From Candidatus Woesebacteria bacterium (GTDB lineage Bacteria; Patescibacteriota; Microgenomatia; UBA8517), in assembly GCA_963716475.1 (NCBI GenBank), contig OY970314.1, forward strand, positions 854,508 through 918,507: 64,000 bases of DNA, read 5' to 3'. The notes below the pieces were generated by a model. The model made no database searches, was not told the DNA's origin, and saw only the letters and a program-made list of their open reading frames with translations. The translations under genes were made by a program, and so were the position numbers. Shown here in pieces: positions 55,298 to 64,000 of the stretch (the first letter of the stretch is position 1; the number at the start of each line of letters is the position of its first letter).

Positions 55298-57520
55298 CTA
55301 AAGGAGCGGATACTTAATGGTTGCGGAAGATGAAGCAATCGGGCATGTCAGACAATAAAGAGTTCCGTCGGGGTCGGTGTATGTAGGTTTGTTTTCTGTA
55401 TGAACTTGGTCGGGGGGGTCGGTTGGTGCCGCAAGCTGGCCCGTAGCATTATTTATTTGGACATCTTGATTAACAATATTTGACGTAGTCGGAACGGTCC
55501 CTGCTAAAAAATATTCAAACCTTATCGGGCACCCGGGGTTACCCGGATCTTGAGACGGAGGGGCTCCTCCCGTATCGGAACAAATTGTAGCTCCCACTAC
55601 CCCGTCCGGCTGTTTCGGCCAGGCGTGCCCCTTTTCGGCTGTGTCATATACCCCCTTTTCGGCCTTATCAAGAACCGCTTTCATTATTTTGTTCCAAATT
55701 GGGGATGCCCCCGAAACTCCCGAAACCGCTCCGCTCATTGGGGTGTTGTCGTTATTTCCAACCCAGGTAACAACTACCGCATCTGCGGTATAGCCGACTG
55801 TCCAGTTATCGCGTCTGTCATTTGTGGTTCCTGTTTTAACCGAGACCTCGGGGTGCCCCGAAACATTTAAGTAAGAAGAAGCACCAAAAGCTGCACCTCT
55901 GGCGTTATTATCCAAAAGTATATGAGAAATTAAAAATGTGACGGTGGGGTCGAGGACTCTGGTACCGGTAAGTGTGTTTTTGGTCGGATCGTATTGCTCG
56001 AGGGTATTTCCTTTCCAGTCCGTAACTTTGGTTATAGCAGTTAGTGGCTGCTCGATCCCCTGATTTGCAAAAACCCCAAACGCAACCGCCATGTCATATG
56101 GCCTGACAAGAAGGCCTCCCAGAGTTGCCGAAAGTCCGTAGTCTTTGGGATCGGTCAGGGTTGTTATTCCCATTTGTTTTGCAAAGGCGATAAAGTTGTC
56201 GACTCCATTTAGTGCCAAGACTTTGACGGCGGGAATATTGTAGGAATTTCCCAGGGCAAATCTCGCCTCGACTAGTCCGTGGAAAGTACCGTCGTAGTTT
56301 ACAGGGCAATATGTCGGTTGCCCGACGACGTCGAAACAGGTAGGTACGTCGGCAAGGGCAGTCGCGGGTGTAATTTTTTGGTCCTTAAGAGCGAGAGCGT
56401 AATTGAGAGGCTTGATGGAGCTTCCGGGTTGGCGTGAGGATAGAGTCACATTTACTTTTCCGTCCTCATCCGTTGCAAAATAGTCTTTTGAACCGACCAT
56501 TGCCAGGATCTCTCCAGTTCCCGGACGGGTGACGATGGCGGCACCATTTCCGACCTTTTGTTTTTTAAGTTTGCCGACCTCTGTGGCAACTGCCTGTTGA
56601 GCCAGCTTTTGGATATCAAGGTCAAGCGTAGTGTAAACCCTAAGGCCTCCTTGCTCCACCACTTTGTCACCGTATTTATTGGCAAGTTGTTCCTTGATCC
56701 AAAGGGCAAAATGCGGGGCCTGTGGTGGGTTAATTGTTGCGTAGGTCAAAGGTTCCTGATCGGCTTTATCCGCATCGGCCTGGCCAATATATTTATTGGC
56801 AACCATTTGTTTGAGAACCTCTTCCTGGCGGCCCTTTGCCAGTTCTGGGTGGGCACCGAAAGGAGAATAAGTTGACGGCGCCTGAGGGAGCCCGGCCAAC
56901 AGTGCAGACTGGGCGAGATCCAAATCTTTTGTGCTTTTCCCGAAATACGTTTCGCTGGCCGCTTCAATTCCATATGCGGTTCCTCCGTAGGGGATAGTGT
57001 TTAAGTACATCTCTAAAATTTGGTCTTTTCTGTAAACTCCCTCAACAATGATGGTTAGAACCACTTCCTGAGCTTTTCGTCTGATAGTTCTCTCGTTTGT
57101 CAAAAGTGCATTCTTAACCAATTGCTGGGTGATGGTCGAACCTCCTTGAAGCTGGTGCTTAAAGATTGTGTTGAAAAGTGCTCTGGCGATTCCTGTAACG
57201 GAAAATCCCTGGTTCTTGTAAAAATTTTTGTCTTCTATAGATATGGTTGCCTCTTTTAAATATGCCGGCATATCTGTTAGAGAAATGGGCGTTCTTTTTT
57301 TGTCAGTGTATATTTCATAAATCAACTTTCCGTTTCGGTCAAAGATTTTTGTAGAAACAGGCAAAGTCTCCGATGTAAGCCGTGTGGGCAGGGGAATTCC
57401 CCAAAAAAGGTAAACCCCGACGATTAGAATAACTCCCCAATAAATCAGGCCCTTAATTCCCTTTTTGGTTGTAAAAAGAGATTTGAGTTTGGGTTTAGTT
57501 CCGGAAAATGCCTTTTTCAT
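55298..57520 (-). CDS. Class A penicillin-binding protein (second PBP1A-type paralog)
   Basis: EDKNFYKNQGF, GGSTITQQLVKN, RQPGSSIKP. 740 aa with a Pro-rich C-terminal tail. Confidence 0.85.
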   Translation of the reverse strand: MKKAFSGTKPKLKSLFTTKKGIKGLIYWGVILIVGVYLFWGIPLPTRLTSETLPVSTKIFDRNGKLIYEIYTDKKRTPISLTDMPAYLKEATISIEDKNFYKNQGFSVTGIARALFNTIFKHQLQGGSTITQQLVKNALLTNERTIRRKAQEVVLTIIVEGVYRKDQILEMYLNTIPYGGTAYGIEAASETYFGKSTKDLDLAQSALLAGLPQAPSTYSPFGAHPELAKGRQEEVLKQMVANKYIGQADADKADQEPLTYATINPPQAPHFALWIKEQLANKYGDKVVEQGGLRVYTTLDLDIQKLAQQAVATEVGKLKKQKVGNGAAIVTRPGTGEILAMVGSKDYFATDEDGKVNVTLSSRQPGSSIKPLNYALALKDQKITPATALADVPTCFDVVGQPTYCPVNYDGTFHGLVEARFALGNSYNIPAVKVLALNGVDNFIAFAKQMGITTLTDPKDYGLSATLGGLLVRPYDMAVAFGVFANQGIEQPLTAITKVTDWKGNTLEQYDPTKNTLTGTRVLDPTVTFLISHILLDNNARGAAFGASSYLNVSGHPEVSVKTGTTNDRRDNWTVGYTADAVVVTWVGNNDNTPMSGAVSGVSGASPIWNKIMKAVLDKAEKGVYDTAEKGHAWPKQPDGVVGATICSDTGGAPPSQDPGNPGCPIRFEYFLAGTVPTTSNIVNQDVQINNATGQLAAPTDPPDQVHTENKPTYTDPDGTLYCLTCPIASSSATIKYPLL

Positions 57521-57583
57521 TAGGAAGAGAGATTATACAATACACAAATTATACCTCAAACTTTTTTGATACAATTAGTTTGT

Positions 57584-58096
57584 ATGGAAACGATTGAACA
57601 ACTTGAAAAAAGACCTTGGTGGGAATATCTCGGAAGCGATCTTCAAAGGCTACTTTTAACCTCAGAGTTTATTTACAGAGATGTTGAAAGTTGGGGGGCT
57701 GACTTGCCCGGGGGGAAAAAGGAATTTCATGATTACTCATTTGTTGTTTTTCCCGCAGCAAAGGCTTACGAGGGATTTTTGAAGAAGCTTTTTCTGGAAT
57801 TGAATTTCATTACAGAAGAGGACTATTACGGCAAACACTTTAGAATCGGGAAGGCTCTGAATCCCTCTCTACCTAAGGAGCTTAGGCGTGAAGGTGTGTA
57901 CGATAAAATAGTGAGTTATTGTCAGGGTGAAGGCCTCGCCGAAAGACTCTGGGAGACATGGAGACTTAGTAGGAATTTAACTTTTCACTGGTTTCCGAAT
58001 GAAAAAAACGCGATAACACTTGCGGAAGCGGGGGAGAGAGTTGAAATGATAATTAGTGCAATTGATGAGTCGTTTAAAGAGTGTAAGATTTCATAA
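57584..58096 (+). CDS. Hypothetical protein with HEPN-like R-x4-H motif
   Basis: C-terminal RLSRNLTFHWF (R-N-x3-H) in a predicted all-alpha protein. The start is trimmed to METIEQLEK. Confidence 0.25.
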   Translation: METIEQLEKRPWWEYLGSDLQRLLLTSEFIYRDVESWGADLPGGKKEFHDYSFVVFPAAKAYEGFLKKLFLELNFITEEDYYGKHFRIGKALNPSLPKELRREGVYDKIVSYCQGEGLAERLWETWRLSRNLTFHWFPNEKNAITLAEAGERVEMIISAIDESFKECKIS

Positions 58097-58186
58097 GGAA
58101 ACCTTGGCCATGCACCTGATGAATGGTAAGGAAACCTTGGCCATGAATTCAGTTTCTGAAATCATGGTAAAATTAAATAAAGACGA

Positions 58187-58834
58187 ATGGTTGCCAAAAC
58201 TACAATAGTAAAAAATGTTACGGTATACTCCGTTTATCTTGTTTTAGTTTGGGCGTTTTACCGTTTTCTCTTCCGACTACCGGATCAAGTTGAGGAACTT
58301 GTTGTTAAACCTATTCTTTGGTTAGTACCTCTATTTTGGTTTGCCAAAAAAGAGGAGCTTGGCCTTTCTTCGCTGGGGTTGACGTTTAAAAAACTTTTTC
58401 CTGCAATTTACCTCTCGATAGGATTAGGTGCAATTTTTGTCGGGGAAGGACTTCTGGCCAACTTTCTGAAATATGGCGGGTTTCATTTTGGGGCGAATTT
58501 GGGAAGCACCCCTTTTATGGCATCACTCGGCCTTTCGTTTGTTACGGCATTTTCGGAAGAAACAGCTTTCAGAGGCTACATTTTCGGCAGGCTTCTCATC
58601 GCTCTTAAAAGCGAATTAAGCGCCAATATCATTCAGACTCTTCTTTGGACGGCTATCCATATTCCGATTGCATTTTTTGTCTGGAACTATAGTTTATCTC
58701 AGGGCATAGTTTATCTTTTTATCACAGCCGTTTTTGGAATGGGCTCCGCATTTATTTTTGCGAGGACAAAGAATATATTTGGTTCTGTGCTTCTCCATGT
58801 CCTCTGGGAGTGGCCGATTATACTTTTTAGGTGA
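58187..58834 (+). CDS. CPBP-family intramembrane metalloprotease (CAAX protease/Abi-like)
   Basis: SEETAFRGYIFGRL (EExxxR motif 1), FxxxH, and LLHVLWEW (HxxxN/W motif). Confidence 0.7.
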   Translation: MVAKTTIVKNVTVYSVYLVLVWAFYRFLFRLPDQVEELVVKPILWLVPLFWFAKKEELGLSSLGLTFKKLFPAIYLSIGLGAIFVGEGLLANFLKYGGFHFGANLGSTPFMASLGLSFVTAFSEETAFRGYIFGRLLIALKSELSANIIQTLLWTAIHIPIAFFVWNYSLSQGIVYLFITAVFGMGSAFIFARTKNIFGSVLLHVLWEWPIILFR

Positions 58835-58914
58835 ACTTGATCACGTTAGAAGCCGAAGGCTTCTAAGCGTGACTTGACTTCATTTGAGTACATAAGTACC
58901 ATTGTACTTACCCG

Positions 58915-59541
58915 ATGTTGAAGAAGATTTTACTCGTTTTGTCGGTTTTTACCTTTGCTTTTGCCATTCTTTCGATTTCAATTTTACAATCAACTTCAAT
59001 TTCTTATTCATTTACGGCACAAATTTCGGAAACCTCGGTTCTGGGGACAGAGATTCCGGTGATTAACTATCAAATGCCGTTTGAAGGAAGAGTCTTACCG
59101 GACAGCCCCCTTTGGGTTCTTAAGGCTGCGAGAGACAGGATTTGGTATTTTATAACGTCATCTCCTCTTAAAAGGGCGGAACTTGCCCTTCTTTTTTCGG
59201 ATAAACGACTTGTGTCTGCTCAGACACTACTCGAAAACAAAAAACCTGACATTGCGATTTCCACTTTAGCCAAAGGGGAGAAATATCTGGAAATTGCAGT
59301 TGCCCAGGAGGCCATTGCCAGGACGCAGGGTTACGACACTTCTGAGTTTTTGGCAAGGTTAGCCGTCGCATCCCTCAAGCACAGGCAAATAATAGAAAGT
59401 TTGATACCATTGGCACCGGATGACGCCAAGCCGATTGTCATTAAAATAGAAGATTATTCAAAAAATTCATATAAGAAAGCCGGAGACGCCCTAAATTCCA
59501 AAGGACTGTCCGTGCCGATTGATCCGTTTGATGGGGATTAA
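58915..59541 (+). CDS. Secreted/membrane-anchored hypothetical protein
   Basis: N-terminal signal/TM (MLKKILLVLSVFTFAFAILSISIL), then a helical domain. Confidence 0.4.
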   Translation: MLKKILLVLSVFTFAFAILSISILQSTSISYSFTAQISETSVLGTEIPVINYQMPFEGRVLPDSPLWVLKAARDRIWYFITSSPLKRAELALLFSDKRLVSAQTLLENKKPDIAISTLAKGEKYLEIAVAQEAIARTQGYDTSEFLARLAVASLKHRQIIESLIPLAPDDAKPIVIKIEDYSKNSYKKAGDALNSKGLSVPIDPFDGD

Positions 59542-59765
59542 TTCGACTTATCGCTTCATTTTTTTATACCTTTTTGCAGAGTTTTTAAATTGTCGTTTCT
59601 CAATTACCGCAAAAACTTCAGGAATTGTCAAAAAGTTAGCCATACCTCATGCGTAAGGTGATATATTTTGTATAAAATCTTACTAGTTGACAGTCTAGTG
59701 GTAGTGTTTAACAATCATTGTCATCACTAATTGTAGAGTTTTTACTTTACATGCGTGAAATGTAT

Positions 59766-60200
59766 ATGAAATGTCCTTTTTGCGGTGCGGCCGACACAAG
59801 TGTTTTAGAAAGCAGGACGGTTGACGACGGAAGTTCGATCAGAAGGCGAAGGGAATGTGCAAAATGTGGTAAGCGGTTCACAACCATAGAGGAGGTAAGA
59901 AGAAGTTTTCTCTGGGTGATCAAGAAAGACGGCAGGCGTGAAGTCTTTGACAAAGAGAAGGTAAAAAGAGGTATCCTAAGGGCTATCGAAAAACGCCCGG
60001 TTTCACTCGATCTCGTTGATGACATCACCGATCAAGTTGAAATGGAGATGCTAAGAAGCGACAAGCAGGAGATCCCGACCCGTGTCATTGGAAACGCAGT
60101 TTTAAAGAGGCTAAAGAAGGTTGATAAAGTAGCCTGGCTTAGGTTTGCAAGCGTTTACCTTGAGTTTACTGATTTAAGCGATTTTGAAAAATTAATATAA
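59766..60200 (+). CDS. nrdR: Transcriptional repressor NrdR
   Basis: MKCPFCGAADTSVLESR...RRRECAKCGKRFTT zinc ribbon plus an ATP-cone. The start is trimmed from the track ORF (59718). Confidence 0.9.
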   Translation: MKCPFCGAADTSVLESRTVDDGSSIRRRRECAKCGKRFTTIEEVRRSFLWVIKKDGRREVFDKEKVKRGILRAIEKRPVSLDLVDDITDQVEMEMLRSDKQEIPTRVIGNAVLKRLKKVDKVAWLRFASVYLEFTDLSDFEKLI

Positions 60201-62645
60201 ATGGAAGCACAAACGGTTAAGATAAATAAGAAGGTTAAAGGTAAAAAATTTGTTTACAAAAACGGTGAAACAAAGATTTCTATAGACGATCTTCTCGCCC
60301 CGTCATACGAAAAGATAATTTTGGAGATAAGGAGAAAGGTCGGAAAAAGACCACAAATTCCTGCTGAACTTCCTAAAGGTGAATGGACGGAACAGTCTTT
60401 ACAAGTTTTGAATGAAAGATATTTAATGAAAGATGAGAGCCTTAAGCCTATCGAAGACCCGGAGGGTATGTGCTGGAGAGTTGCGTGGGAGGTAGCATCA
60501 GCCGAGGCGCGGTGGGGTGCGACAAAGAAGGATGTAAATGCGTGTGCCACAAATTTTTATAAACTTCTGATTTCACATCAGTTTTTACCAAACTCTCCAA
60601 CGCTTATGAATGCCGGTACGGGAAACGGCCTTCAATATTCCGGTTGTTTTGTTTTGCCTGTAGATGATTCGCTTGTTGGAATTTTCGATGCTGTGAAATA
60701 TACAGCCCTAATACATCAGACCGGCGGAGGAACGGGCTTTTCATTTTCAAGAATAAGACCTAATGGGTCTATCGTCAGATCGAGTCATGGAACGGCATCA
60801 GGTCCGGTTTCCTTTATGAGAGTATTTGATGCCGCCACAAATGAAATCAAGCAGGGCGGCAAAAGAAGGGGTGCCAACATGGGGATACTTCGCGTTGACC
60901 ACCCCGATATTATAGAGTTTATTCATTGCAAAGAAGAAGGTGGTATAACCAACTTTAATATATCGGTCGGTATTACGGATCCTTTTATGGAAGCTTACTT
61001 TAAGGATGAGGACTATAGTTTAATTAATCCCAAAACCAAGGAGGTTACAGGTGTTCTTTCTGCCAGACACGTGTTTGACGAGATTGCAGACGGGGCTTGG
61101 AGAACGGGCGACCCCGGACTTATTTTCATCGATAGAATAAATGCCGGTCCGGCAAATCCGATCCCGGTACTAGGGCCTGTTGAAGCAACCAATCCATGCG
61201 GAGAACAGCCGCTTTACCCCTATGATTCGTGTAATTTAGGAAGTATTTTTTTGGGGAATTTTGTGAAGAACGGGAAGATTGATTGGAAGAACCTGGGTGA
61301 AGTTACCCGGCTTGCAATCAGATTTCTTGATGATGTTATCGAAGTAAACCCCTATCCGATGGAGCAAATTAGAAGGATTGTTTTTAACACAAGAAGAATC
61401 GGGCTTGGGGTAGGTGGGTGGAGCGACATGCTTATTGAACTTGGCCTTCCTTTCGACAGTACCGAAGCCCTTACGCTGGCAGAGAAAATAATGAAATTTA
61501 TTCAGGACGAAGCTTTAGATGAAGACAGATTGTTAGCTAAAAAACGCGGACCATTTCCACTCTTTCCGATATCAATTTATCGGGAAGGTGCACCCCGTAG
61601 AAACTCCGCAATTACAACTATTGCGCCAACCGGATCTATTTCTATTATCGCCGGGGCAAGTAGCGGTATCGAACCTATGTTTGCAATCGCTTACAGACAC
61701 ATCGTTAAGGACAAGAGTCTTGATAGAAAAATGTCATTTATCAATCCTCAATTCGAGAAAGTGGCCAGAAAGAGGGGATTCTGGTCCGAAGAACTAATGG
61801 CTAAAGTTGCAGAAAAAGGAGTTATAAGAGATATAGATGAAATTCCGGAAGACGTTAGAAGAACTTTTGGAACAGCTCATGAAATAGATATTGATTGGCA
61901 TATTAAAACACAATCAGCATTTCAAAAATACACAGAGAACGCCGTAAGTAAAACGATAAACTTAAGACATGACGCAACAGTGGATGATGTTAAGAAAGCA
62001 TATCTTATGGCTTGGGAAAGTAACTGCAAGGGCATTACGATTTTTAGGGATGGAAGTAAAAGTGAGCAGGTGCTGAATATGGGTGTAAACGATAAAACAA
62101 AGGTAAGTGACGCGCCCGGGGAGACACAACTTATATTGGATAGACCAATGAGAGTAGACGGAGCCACATATAAAATTATTACTCCTCTAGGAAGTGCATT
62201 TATTACTGTTAACCAAGACTCTGAGGGTAATCCTTTTGAGGTTTTTATAACCATAGGAAAAGCTGGTAGTGAGGTTGCGGCAATGGCAGAAGCCCTTGGA
62301 AGAATGATTTCGACTACGCTCAGGTTTGGGAACCATCTTCCACCCCGTGAACGGGCAAGAGAGATTGTTGAACAACTCAGGGGCATTGGAGGGAGCCGTT
62401 CAGTCGGGTTTGGTCCCAATAAAATAAGATCCCTGCCGGATGCCGTTGCCAAGGCGCTCTCTCTTCATTTTGGATTTGAGAATAATGGGAATAATAAGAT
62501 ACCCGAACCGATTCAGGTCGAGAAAGCTCTTGTGGAGGAGGAAGCGAAAAAGATTGGCGACATATGTCCTTCCTGTGGTTCTCCTGCCCTGGTTTACGAG
62601 GAGGGTTGTGCCAAGTGCCACGCCTGCGGGCATTCTGAGTGCTAA
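60201..62645 (+). CDS. nrdJ: Ribonucleotide reductase, class II (adenosylcobalamin-dependent)
   Basis: 814 aa. NSPTLMNAGTGNGLQYSGCFVL active-site region, NPCGEQPLYPYDSCNLGSI, and a C-terminal zinc ribbon CPSCGS...CAKCHACGHSEC. Confidence 0.85.
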   Translation: MEAQTVKINKKVKGKKFVYKNGETKISIDDLLAPSYEKIILEIRRKVGKRPQIPAELPKGEWTEQSLQVLNERYLMKDESLKPIEDPEGMCWRVAWEVASAEARWGATKKDVNACATNFYKLLISHQFLPNSPTLMNAGTGNGLQYSGCFVLPVDDSLVGIFDAVKYTALIHQTGGGTGFSFSRIRPNGSIVRSSHGTASGPVSFMRVFDAATNEIKQGGKRRGANMGILRVDHPDIIEFIHCKEEGGITNFNISVGITDPFMEAYFKDEDYSLINPKTKEVTGVLSARHVFDEIADGAWRTGDPGLIFIDRINAGPANPIPVLGPVEATNPCGEQPLYPYDSCNLGSIFLGNFVKNGKIDWKNLGEVTRLAIRFLDDVIEVNPYPMEQIRRIVFNTRRIGLGVGGWSDMLIELGLPFDSTEALTLAEKIMKFIQDEALDEDRLLAKKRGPFPLFPISIYREGAPRRNSAITTIAPTGSISIIAGASSGIEPMFAIAYRHIVKDKSLDRKMSFINPQFEKVARKRGFWSEELMAKVAEKGVIRDIDEIPEDVRRTFGTAHEIDIDWHIKTQSAFQKYTENAVSKTINLRHDATVDDVKKAYLMAWESNCKGITIFRDGSKSEQVLNMGVNDKTKVSDAPGETQLILDRPMRVDGATYKIITPLGSAFITVNQDSEGNPFEVFITIGKAGSEVAAMAEALGRMISTTLRFGNHLPPRERAREIVEQLRGIGGSRSVGFGPNKIRSLPDAVAKALSLHFGFENNGNNKIPEPIQVEKALVEEEAKKIGDICPSCGSPALVYEEGCAKCHACGHSEC

Positions 62646-62661
62646 ATAAAAGAAAAAACTA

Positions 62662-64000
62662 ATGGGATCTTTGCGTCTAAAAAAAGTAGTTAAAGCTGAT
62701 GGATCTGAAGAGGAATTTCTTCCCGGAAAAATCTCCAAAGGGATTTGGTATGCGGCTCAAAATGTTGGGGGAACAGATGAGTCATTGCCACTTAAACTTG
62801 CTGATGAAGTAGTAAGTCTTCTCGAATCGAAATTAAACGGTGAAACCAAATTGCCAAGCTTTGTGATTGGAGAAGCTGTTGAAAAGGTTTTGATTGAGAG
62901 TGGCCATGCAAAAACCGCTAAAGCATTTATTATTTATAGGGAAAACAAGAAACATCTTAGGCAAGATAAATCTTCACTCGGGGTGATTGACGACATTGGC
63001 TTTTCCTATAACACACTCTATATTTTGAAACAAAGATATCTAAAAAGGAACGAAAAAGGGGAGACCACCGAGACACCCAAACAAATGATCTCGAGAATCG
63101 CAAAATATTTAGCCGGTGTAGAGAAAACTTCCGCAAAAAGGAATAAATATTTCAAGGAGTTTTATAATCTTATGATCAATTTCGATTTTCTTCCCGGTAC
63201 GAGAACAATCACCAATGCCGGTAAATCTAAAGCTCAACTGGCTAACTGTTTTGTCTGGCCGATAGCAGATGACATTAACGAAATTTTCAACATTCTTCAT
63301 AAATCGACAGTGATAAAAAAGAACGGGGGAGGATGCGGATACAACTTCTCTAATATCCGACCGGAGGGAGATAGTGTTAACGGGGTTCCCGATCTTGCTG
63401 CGGGTCCTATCAAAATGATTGAAATGTTTGATTTAATGACGTCTCTTTTCCGTCAGGAGGGTAAATATGAATCAGGGAATATGGCGATACTTAACGTGGA
63501 CCATCCGGATATCTTTAATTTCATCTCTGCAAAACAAACGGACGGTTATTTGAGCAAAACCAATATCTCGGTCGGAATAACGGATGAATTTATGGAAGCA
63601 GCAGTAAAAGGTGCGGATTGGAATTTAATTAACCCCAGAACCAAAGAAGTTGTAAATACCGTAAATGCCAAATCGATCCTGGACCTAATGGCTACAATGG
63701 CCTGGCAAACAGGGGATCCCGGAATAATTAACCTTAGTGCCATGAATCGTGGCACGGCCCACGCCAACCCCCTTCTTAAAAAAGAAGGTCCTATTTCTGC
63801 AACCAATCCTTGCGGGGAAGTTCCGCTATATCCTTATGAATCTTGTAATTTGGGATATGTGAATTTTGTTAAATTCGTGAGTGGCCAAAAATTTGATCTC
63901 CAAAGATTGTCAGAGGTGGTAAAAATTGCCGTAAGACTGATGGATAACGTTATTGATGCCTCATGGTTTCCGGTTCCTGAAGTAGATGAATCGGTTCGAA
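62662..64000 (+). CDS. Second class II ribonucleotide reductase paralog with N-terminal ATP-cone (runs off the window end)
   Basis: Not in the ORF track, because there is no stop before the window end. Frame from ATG 62662 encodes MGSLRLKKVVKADGSEEEF... (ATP-cone) then LPGTRTITNAGKSKAQLANCFVWPIADDINEI...NPCGEVPLYPYESCNLGYVNF, paralleling nrdJ. Confidence 0.7.
   Translation, partial: MGSLRLKKVVKADGSEEEFLPGKISKGIWYAAQNVGGTDESLPLKLADEVVSLLESKLNGETKLPSFVIGEAVEKVLIESGHAKTAKAFIIYRENKKHLRQDKSSLGVIDDIGFSYNTLYILKQRYLKRNEKGETTETPKQMISRIAKYLAGVEKTSAKRNKYFKEFYNLMINFDFLPGTRTITNAGKSKAQLANCFVWPIADDINEIFNILHKSTVIKKNGGGCGYNFSNIRPEGDSVNGVPDLAAGPIKMIEMFDLMTSLFRQEGKYESGNMAILNVDHPDIFNFISAKQTDGYLSKTNISVGITDEFMEAAVKGADWNLINPRTKEVVNTVNAKSILDLMATMAWQTGDPGIINLSAMNRGTAHANPLLKKEGPISATNPCGEVPLYPYESCNLGYVNFVKFVSGQKFDLQRLSEVVKIAVRLMDNVIDASWFPVPEVDESVR

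Noticed and set aside
1-64000. CRISPR arrays, integrases/transposases, rRNA
   Set aside because: I scanned for regularly spaced short direct repeats and for integrase or transposase-like ORFs and found none. The only repeat families are those reported above. No rRNA-like sequence was seen.

Overview
This 64-kb window looks like a small-genome, CPR/Patescibacteria-like bacterium. The evidence is gene content: archaeal-type triosephosphate isomerase, eukaryote-type class I aldolase, split transketolase, a short PGK, a class II B12-dependent RNR with NrdR, many secreted/membrane hypothetical proteins, and weak Shine-Dalgarno sites. Most of the window is housekeeping: SmpB+tmRNA, ComF, seven tRNAs (four Ser isoacceptors), a dnaG-rpoD operon, tdh-kbl, epmA-efp, a glycolysis/pentose-phosphate cluster, two tandem class A PBPs, and nrdR plus two tandem class II RNR paralogs. 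The standout is a minus-strand locus at 239-8285. It holds a VirB6/TrbL-like polytopic membrane protein, a 989-aa secreted Cys-rich protein with internal tandem duplications, and eight tandem paralogous ~100-120-aa two-helix membrane proteins sharing an SGGD-x2-K-x3-A-[KR]-x2-I-T-x-A-x-IG-[LF]-V loop motif. I read these as VirB2/TrbC pilin-like. The first of the eight is fused to a Cys-rich domain and a Pro/Thr linker. This looks like a pilus or type IV secretion-like surface apparatus with an expanded pilin repertoire, but the ATPases are not in the window. The locus shares a palindromic operator (ATATCGCAC-NN-GTGCGATAT) with the divergent SpoIID/LytB-like gene and with a tandemly duplicated promoter further downstream. 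Other notable items are three copies of a ~110-bp intergenic repeat carrying promoter elements, partial 5' duplications of two tRNA genes, a candidate cobalamin riboswitch in front of a DUF4430 + ECF S-component operon, and a HEPN-like protein next to a CPBP/Abi protease. Coordinates I derived by hand from the sequence text (tRNAs, repeats, trimmed starts) may be off by a few nt.
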